Source: Eledone cirrhosa | Lineage: Eukaryota | Direction: 5' to 3' | Assembly: GCA_964016885.1 (NCBI GenBank) | Contig: OZ024742.1 | Coordinates: 57,412,001 to 57,476,000, forward strand | Length of the DNA: 64,000 nucleotides | The notes under the pieces: model-generated | What the model saw: the letters and a program-made list of their open reading frames with translations, nothing else | Told to the model about the DNA's origin: nothing | Databases searched by the model: none | In this document: positions 57,364 through 64,000 of the stretch, piece by piece | Position numbering within the stretch: the first letter of the stretch is position 1 | How the letters are laid out: every line of letters starts with the position of its first letter | Made by a program: the position numbers and the translations under genes

Positions 57364-57453
<90 letters not shown>
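57353..57453. repeat. (AAT)n tract between the Dong 3' end and the Tx1 copy 2 3' end
   Basis: Directly visible; other tracts at 47556-47603, 53631-53650 and 63485-63504. Confidence 0.97.
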
Positions 57454-57455
<2 letters not shown>

Positions 57456-57716
57456 TTTCTTTATTAACCACAAGGGTTTACATAAAGTAGACATTAAGGA
57501 CAGTGCAGGACAATGCAGGACGGTACAAATGGGCATTTCTGCGTGTAAAAAAAACAAAAACAGAGGATGTAACAAAAATAACAATGAAAATAACAATGAA
57601 AAATTCCCCAATAGGGGGGAGACTTCGGAGGGACATTTGTGGAGAAAGCCCAGTAAAAAGCCACAATGACCCTGACCACCAAGGCAAGTGCCCTCTCCCA
57701 GTTTTCCACCTTTAGT

Positions 57717-60700
57717 TTACAGATATATACTCAGAGTCGGCCCATTCACTCGGGCCATTCTTGCTTCTCTCACCCATCTTTCAACAAAATGCTGGGAAGA
57801 GAGCACTTCCTTCTCTACTCTGATTTTCCTTTTCAAATGAAATTTGAAAAAGTCAATCAGAGCATCACCGAAGAGGTAAGTGCTCGTCTTCAGCCCTTTC
57901 AAACGTGTCCACCATACTATCTCTTTCGCCATGGCCACCAGGCAGATAAAAACTGCCTGCGCTTCCCGGCTAAAGGAGGAGGGCGGGGCAATCCTCACGA
58001 TAGACTCAGATGATAGCTGGATCCGTCCTAAACGCGACAGCAGGTGTTCGACATAAACCCACAAGTCAGCAATTTTCGGACACTGGACGAGTGCGTGCAG
58101 GACGGTTTCGTCGCCCTGCGCGCATCTCGGACATGCCCGGCTGACGGCACCTCCATGCCTGTAGAGTTTATCCCGAACTGGCAAGGCTCCTCGGTAGCAC
58201 TGCCAGGCCAGAGATTTCTGGAAGTTGTCCATAGGCCCCGGCCCGAAAGTTCTTCCGAAGAGATTGGCTAGTTGATTTTCGTCGACGCCTAGAGTTTCCC
58301 CAAGTACGTCGTCGCTCTTCCCCTCCACTAATCCTCTATAGAACGCCGAGGTGGAGTTTCCACCGATCACATTGCCCGATTGGTCGAGGGCTGTGAGCGC
58401 CTGAAGACATTCCAGTCTCCAGGCGCTCCCTCTCGGTCTTCGCTTGACCCAGGACTGCAGCTCCGTCAAGGAAACGAGCTGGGGAAAAACGCGTCTAGCA
58501 AACGGCGACCACACCTGATCACCGTCGAGGAAGAGGTGGAGATGTCGTAGCCTGAGCGCGTGCCTGCGCATCATCAGCCACGGCATGCCCAGCCCTCCAC
58601 GTAGCGGGTGTTGACAACAGATGGACCGCCTGACCATCGGAGCACGTCCCTTCCACAAAAAGCGAAAGAGCAAACGCTCCAGCGCAGTCAGGCGAGGCTT
58701 AGGACAAGGTACGACGGTTAGGCGGTAGCAGATGACAGACGCGATGTACGCGTTAGCCACCTCCGCTCGACCTTTCAGGGATAGCTTCCTCTCCGCCCAT
58801 TTCTGGGTGAGAGAAGCCACCCTGCTCGTCACCTCGTCCCAGTTTTTGTCCGTCTGGAGGTCCGGACCGAACCAGACCCCTAGCAATTTAACCGGTCCGT
58901 CCGTCCAGCGCCCGACGACGCTGTTGGACGGCATGGACCTGCCTCTCCAGGTGCCGAGCTGCAGGCCCACTGACTTTTCCTGGTTGATCATTGCTCCTGT
59001 CACCGCTTCGTATTCTCTTAGTGTAGTGCCGATCGCCTCGATGTGTTTGGCGTTCGACACCACTACGGTGACATCGTCCGCATATGCTGACACGGATCTT
59101 CCGCATCCTAGTTCGCGCGGGACTCCCCTCAACGTCTCCAGTTTGTGCAGTAATGGCTCGAGAGTCAATACGTACAAGAGGGACGAGAGGGGACATCCTT
59201 GGCGGACCGAGCGCATGATGTTGAACGGTTCCGACAGGTGACCGTTCACTCTCACCACAGAGCAGATGTCGCTGTGCATGGCAGCGATCCAGCCTCTGAA
59301 GACGGGCCCAAAGCCAGCCGCCCTCAGGACTGCCGCTAGGTAACGATGGTCGACCCTATCGAAAGCTTTCGACTGATCTAAATTGATCAAGGACCCACCC
59401 GTGCCAGGTTCCCTAGCTACCCTCTCTACGATGTATCGCATGAGGTGGAGGTTGTCGTGGATGGATCTGTCGGGAATGGCGCATGTCTGCGCCTCTCCCA
59501 CCAGACCACCAACGACAAGCGCCAACCTCTTTGCTAGCACCTTGGCCAAAATCTTAAACTCTGTGTTTAGCAGAGTTATGGGCCGGAAATTGTCTATGTT
59601 ATCCCCCTTGTTCGGATCCTTTCTCAGCAGTGCCACCGCTCCTCGGCTCACAGAACTGGGAATTCTCCCGTTCTGTTGCCAGTTGCAGTAGACGTCCGCC
59701 AAGAGGCCTCCGAACAAGTCTGGCATCTGTACGTAAAGTTCATAGGGCAGACCATCCAAACCAGGCGATTTACCCCTTGTGCAGCCAGTCATTGCCTCCC
59801 GTACTTCAGCGGCTGTTATCGGCTTTTCGCAACACTTCGCCTCAGTGGCCGAGAGCCGCGGCAGTCCGTCGAGGTAGACACTAAAGTCCATCCCTCTACC
59901 CGGCCCCCTGCTGCCCCCGAACAGCTGAGCGAAGTGTCGCTGAAAAGCTTCACACATTTGCCCGGGATCGAGTAGCATGCGCCCGTCGTGGTCCACCAAA
60001 GACCGGATCGTGGCTTTGTTGCCACGACGCGCCTCCGCCACTCGGGCCCATTGAACGGCTTTCGTCCCCTCGTGTCTGAGAGCACGCACCCTAGCTCTGA
60101 CAACGCAGCCTTCGTGCTTTGCATTGAAGAATTGGTCAAGGGCCAATTTCGCCGCAAGCACGTCGGTCGCAATGCCTTTGCTAAGCGCCTCGTCTAATTT
60201 TCTAACTAGTTCTCCCTCTGCTCTATTTTTCTCTATTGCTAAAGCCTTACTAAACCTAATCGATTCTATTCTAATCGCTCTTTTCAGAGCAAACCACCAC
60301 TTGTTGTTGACGATGGCCCCCGTCAACGCCCGCTTAACTAGTTCGCTAATCCGGTCTCTGTAGGCCTTGCGCGCTGGTAAGGACGCGTTTAGCTTCCAGT
60401 AGCCGGGTCCTCGTCTATGAAGCCTATCTAAGTCAAGCACACAGATCACGAATTTGTGGTCCGTGTAGCTGACTATCTTGAATTGTGGACAGCCTATGCT
60501 AGACCTATCTATTTCCCTACAAAATACTCTATCTAGATATGATCTGGATGACCCTATGCGGTTTGTCCAAGTCCACATTGGCACATTCGGGAAATCCAAT
60601 CGGTACCTGTCAGACAGTTCAAAACGCCTGAGCAGGTTGGTGAGGCTCTTGCACCCTCCACCCCTATCCGCTAATCCCACACAGTCCCAGCGTGCATCTA

Positions 60701-61136
60701 AGATCCCGTTCCAGTCGCCCACTAACACTAAAGAGCGGGACGTTCCAAGAAAGGTCTCCAGACGCCGGAAGAAATCAGGCCGCCCTGCTCCTGTCGGGGC
60801 ATAGACGGCCACTAGCCTGAAAGCTTGCCCGTCTCCGCTGGTCACGTCCAGCACCACCAGCTTACCCTCTGGGTCCAGGAAGATGGCCCGTATGGCGAGA
60901 TCCAAACCTCTCCGAAAAAGCACAGCAACTCCTCCACCGGATCCAGGACGGCTGGGAGATGCGTACACATCGAAGCCGCCGAAGATCGGTGCGAAGGCCC
61001 GTGCTTCGGAGATTCTGGTTTCGCTGATGGCCACTACATCTATGTTTAGTGACCTGAGGTCGTTGAGCAGGTGACCCTGCTTCCATGACGCCCCCAAGCC
61101 ACGCGCATTTATGCTGCCTATTCTGAGTGAGGTCAT
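57717..61136 (-). CDS. Tx1 ORF2 (1139 aa), APE-RT-zinc finger
   Basis: Same motifs as copy 1; about 16 amino-acid differences by eye. Confidence 0.96.
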   Translation of the reverse strand: MTSLRIGSINARGLGASWKQGHLLNDLRSLNIDVVAISETRISEARAFAPIFGGFDVYASPSRPGSGGGVAVLFRRGLDLAIRAIFLDPEGKLVVLDVTSGDGQAFRLVAVYAPTGAGRPDFFRRLETFLGTSRSLVLVGDWNGILDARWDCVGLADRGGGCKSLTNLLRRFELSDRYRLDFPNVPMWTWTNRIGSSRSYLDRVFCREIDRSSIGCPQFKIVSYTDHKFVICVLDLDRLHRRGPGYWKLNASLPARKAYRDRISELVKRALTGAIVNNKWWFALKRAIRIESIRFSKALAIEKNRAEGELVRKLDEALSKGIATDVLAAKLALDQFFNAKHEGCVVRARVRALRHEGTKAVQWARVAEARRGNKATIRSLVDHDGRMLLDPGQMCEAFQRHFAQLFGGSRGPGRGMDFSVYLDGLPRLSATEAKCCEKPITAAEVREAMTGCTRGKSPGLDGLPYELYVQMPDLFGGLLADVYCNWQQNGRIPSSVSRGAVALLRKDPNKGDNIDNFRPITLLNTEFKILAKVLAKRLALVVGGLVGEAQTCAIPDRSIHDNLHLMRYIVERVAREPGTGGSLINLDQSKAFDRVDHRYLAAVLRAAGFGPVFRGWIAAMHSDICSVVRVNGHLSEPFNIMRSVRQGCPLSSLLYVLTLEPLLHKLETLRGVPRELGCGRSVSAYADDVTVVVSNAKHIEAIGTTLREYEAVTGAMINQEKSVGLQLGTWRGRSMPSNSVVGRWTDGPVKLLGVWFGPDLQTDKNWDEVTSRVASLTQKWAERKLSLKGRAEVANAYIASVICYRLTVVPCPKPRLTALERLLFRFLWKGRAPMVRRSICCQHPLRGGLGMPWLMMRRHALRLRHLHLFLDGDQVWSPFARRVFPQLVSLTELQSWVKRRPRGSAWRLECLQALTALDQSGNVIGGNSTSAFYRGLVEGKSDDVLGETLGVDENQLANLFGRTFGPGPMDNFQKSLAWQCYRGALPVRDKLYRHGGAVSRACPRCAQGDETVLHALVQCPKIADLWVYVEHLLSRLGRIQLSSESIVRIAPPSSFSREAQAVFICLVAMAKEIVWWTRLKGLKTSTYLFGDALIDFFKFHLKRKIRVEKEVLSSQHFVERWVREARMARVNGPTLSIYL

Positions 61137-61171
61137 GTTTAAAATAGAGTGGAAAAGATGGGAAAGACCAC

Positions 61172-63268
61172 TTACCGTACTTTTGGTAGAGGAGGGATGG
61201 TTTTTACATCCCTTTTCACTTGATCGTCTGGTGAAGGGACCGTTGAATCGTCCCTTCGGCTGGTCGTCGGCTCTTCTAAGAGAATGTCTGAGTATACTCT
61301 TCGATTGATGGTTCCTCCTAGGTCCCTGAAATCACCAACTGCGTTGGGGAATTTCGTTTTAATATTTGTGTATTGTTTCTGTGCTATTTTTAGCAGTCTT
61401 ATGTTGGTTGGCGTTTTGATTGGTGCTGGTATTATGTAGTCCTGTTGTGAAATGTCTGTGTGTTCAATTATGTAAGTCATTAGTTTCTTGTTGTGTGTAT
61501 TTATTGCCGTGCATTTGTTTTTCTGGGGGTGGGGTGTGGTTCTGCTATTTTCTTGTCGTTGTTGCTGGGTGTGTGTGTTTTGTTGTTGTGTTTGCGATGT
61601 TGGTGCTTGTGGTGGTGGTGTTGAAGGTGTTGTTGGCGGTGGGGTTGTCGCCGGTGGTGATGGTGGCGCTAGTGTGGGTGGTGATGGTGTTGGTGTTGTT
61701 GCTGCTGTGGGTCTCTTTGCAGTAGACTTTACCCTTTTCTCATTTCTTTCCTCACTTTTCAAAGGCGACGATGCGCTGCTTCTGCGTTTGTGCCTTCTTA
61801 CGACCTTTTGCCATCTCTCTCCCACCTCACACTCCATGTCTGATTCTGTGAGGTCGGGGAGGGGTACCAACTCCACTCTTTCACTTGTTGTTGTTGGTGA
61901 TGTTTGCACTGGAGTCTCTGTTGCAGCTGCATTTGGTATTGCTGTTGTTGTTGTTAGTATTTCCACTGCTGCTGCTGTTTTTGATTTCCGTGGAGTGGGT
62001 ATGGGTGCCACGGGCCTATTGTTCCTGGTTGCCGCTTGTCCTGTTGCTGGTAGCCGTGGAGCCGGATTCGGAAGGAGGGGGGTTTTCTCCTTTCTCAGGG
62101 TCTTCTCGTTGCAGAAGGCCCTGAGGTGAGTCTTCGATCCACAGCGAAAGCATTTCGGGCGTTTGCCCTCAACACTTATGGGCAGTTGAGTGCCGTTATC
62201 GAAGTCTATCACATCCGGGATAGCTTCGATGCACTCCTGGTTGGTTTGGATTAGCATCTCAATGGAGGAGCCGACCCAATCTTCTCTTACTTTTTTCTGT
62301 ACTTGCAGTACAGTTGTTTTGTCCTCGATTCCGACGAGGACAGACGCGGCCAGCCAAGAAGGGGTCATTCCGGGGGGGACGTGGGTCAGTTTGACCCTCA
62401 CAATTTTTTGCCCGCAGTAGGAGGGCACCAACACCATTTCCTCGCTCCTTAGGGTCACTACTGATTGGGCCTTTGCCTCCTGGGGTGTGGCAAAAAGTAC
62501 GTCTACAGTGGCATATTTTTTGCCTCGGGTGATGTGCGTTTTCCGCTGCCACACAGACCCCAAGGCTTTTTGTATTTGGGCCTCTGTGGCTCTTTCCACC
62601 CTACGGGATTTTGTACTTACTGTACGGTACGTGACCGTACAGTGCTCTTGGGTTTCGAAAAATTTTTCCGCTGCCTTGCAGATTGCTCGGTGTCCGTTCT
62701 TTGTCACCATCTTCTTCGCTTCCTCTAATTCCTCATTTGTTATGAGGATTGTTTCCAAGTTTTTCGCAATACCTGCAAATGAGATTGGTTTTTCTCTGCT
62801 GTTGTTGTTGTCGTCAGAGCTGCTGGTACTTTTGTTGTTGCTGCAGGTACTACGACTACTGCCTCCGCCGCTGTTGCTGTGGTTGTTGTTGGTGTTGCTG
62901 CTGCTAATGCTGTTGTTGTTTATGCTGCTGGTGATGCTGTTGCGGCTGCTACTGTTGTTTTCATTGTCACTGTTGCTGTTGTTATTACGGCTGCTACTGC
63001 TATTATTCCTGACGTCAGACGAATGAACTGGGTTTTCGTATTTCCCGCACACCTGTTTCGTCGCTGTCGTCGTCGTCGTGGAGAAACCTTGCACGCTTTG
63101 CACGAGACTTTTCTTTTCTTTCGTCACTTGCGAAAGAGAAGGGAGGGAGAGAGACACATTTAAAGAAGGGAGGGAGAGAGACAATCTTCTCTCTGCTGTA
63201 GTGATGATTGAGGAAGAAGAAGACGGAATGAGTGGGAGTGACGTATGAAATTTCTTTTTCGTAGCCAT
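61172..63268 (-). CDS. Tx1 ORF1 with CCHC knuckle
   Basis: Identical to copy 1 over the N-terminal ~415 aa and divergent thereafter. Confidence 0.9.
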   Translation of the reverse strand: MATKKKFHTSLPLIPSSSSSIITTAERRLSLSLPSLNVSLSLPSLSQVTKEKKSLVQSVQGFSTTTTTATKQVCGKYENPVHSSDVRNNSSSSRNNNSNSDNENNSSSRNSITSSINNNSISSSNTNNNHSNSGGGSSRSTCSNNKSTSSSDDNNNSREKPISFAGIAKNLETILITNEELEEAKKMVTKNGHRAICKAAEKFFETQEHCTVTYRTVSTKSRRVERATEAQIQKALGSVWQRKTHITRGKKYATVDVLFATPQEAKAQSVVTLRSEEMVLVPSYCGQKIVRVKLTHVPPGMTPSWLAASVLVGIEDKTTVLQVQKKVREDWVGSSIEMLIQTNQECIEAIPDVIDFDNGTQLPISVEGKRPKCFRCGSKTHLRAFCNEKTLRKEKTPLLPNPAPRLPATGQAATRNNRPVAPIPTPRKSKTAAAVEILTTTTAIPNAAATETPVQTSPTTTSERVELVPLPDLTESDMECEVGERWQKVVRRHKRRSSASSPLKSEERNEKRVKSTAKRPTAATTPTPSPPTLAPPSPPATTPPPTTPSTPPPQAPTSQTQQQNTHTQQQRQENSRTTPHPQKNKCTAINTHNKKLMTYIIEHTDISQQDYIIPAPIKTPTNIRLLKIAQKQYTNIKTKFPNAVGDFRDLGGTINRRVYSDILLEEPTTSRRDDSTVPSPDDQVKRDVKTIPPLPKVR

Positions 63269-63504
63269 GTTGATTTTTTGTTTAAAATGAAATTTTGGGT
63301 ACAAAACCCCAATAACTGGTTATTTAACCCCGAAGGGCCAAATAACGGACAGAAAGACCCCTCTCACGAGGAGGAGGGTGTCTTTATCAACAATTTGGTT
63401 CAAGTTTTAAACAATTTACAATTGTTTTAACGGTTAAAAATTACTATACCTTACAGAGCCGAGCCTCCGTCAACCATGGCATTCAATAATAATAATAATA
63501 ATAA

Positions 63505-64000
63505 AACTAAGTCAGACATTCGAACACTACATTACAATGAAACTTATGCTTATTCATTTTTGGGGCCCTTTCTGCCTGTGTGTTTGTTTCTTTATGTGTG
63601 TTCGTATACAGCGTGGTGATAATGCCACACAAGGGCCAAGTGGAATGGCGGATCCACAGATGGCTATGTAACCATACATTCGCCAATCCTCGATAAGAGT
63701 GTTTAAATATCGAACATAAACAGTTCGAATAACGGTGAAATGGAGACTAGAACGTCATGTGACAGACTCTCACCCAACAGGTGCCCCCTGGCTCAGCAGC
63801 AGGAACCTGACTGTCAACCAAATACTGCTGATGTTGGAGGAAGGAGAAGAAGGAAAGGGGCCAGAACCAACTGGACGAAAGAATTGAATAGAACTGTTAT
63901 GCAATGTTACCTGAAAAGTAACCCCAAGGAGAGGGGCTACAGGAGACGGATGCATAACATCTGGAACGAGATTGGTTTATTTAAATTAGATGAACAAAAA
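63505..64000 (+). mobile_element. 5' part of a second R4/Dong copy (runs off the window)
   Basis: Appears identical to 53651-54146; ORF start at 63740. Confidence 0.92.

Larger units (their letters stand above)
57454..63484 (-). mobile_element. Full-length intact L1/Tx1 retrotransposon, copy 2
   Basis: Colinear with copy 1 at an offset of ~9851-9854 bp. Confidence 0.95.

Noticed and set aside
48193-63430. Short antisense or alternate-frame ORFs inside Tx1 and Dong
   Set aside because: Shadows of the long coding frames with no recognisable motifs.

Overview
AT-rich, repeat-saturated eukaryotic (animal) DNA with no confidently identifiable host gene. The SINE types and microsatellite load resemble a cephalopod such as Octopus; this is an inference. 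The left half (1-31 kb) is a (TA)n landscape colonised by three kinds of element: a near full-length two-ORF CR1-group LINE plus a truncated copy; an autonomous-type Penelope-like element (RT + GIY-YIG) in partial-tandem form with a hammerhead ribozyme (HHR) in its repeat; and at least five families of non-coding, roughly 460-680 nt, HHR-carrying partial-tandem or inverted elements (retrozyme-like). Three of those families use a variant U3-A8 catalytic core, and several have greatly extended stem II or III. The middle (31-47 kb) holds SSRs, SINEs and decayed Penelope, Tigger/pogo and RTE remnants. The right part (47.6-64 kb) is a ~9.85 kb repeat unit made of an intact L1/Tx1 element (minus) and an R4/Dong RLE element (plus), both in (AAT)n; the divergence pattern suggests unequal crossover between two Tx1 copies. 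Other highlights are an in-phase UUUUUUA -1 frameshift signal that could express the ATG-less ORF2 of the CR1-like LINE, and a candidate 53-nt intron fusing Tx1 ORF1 to ORF2. All structures were read by eye and none was computed.
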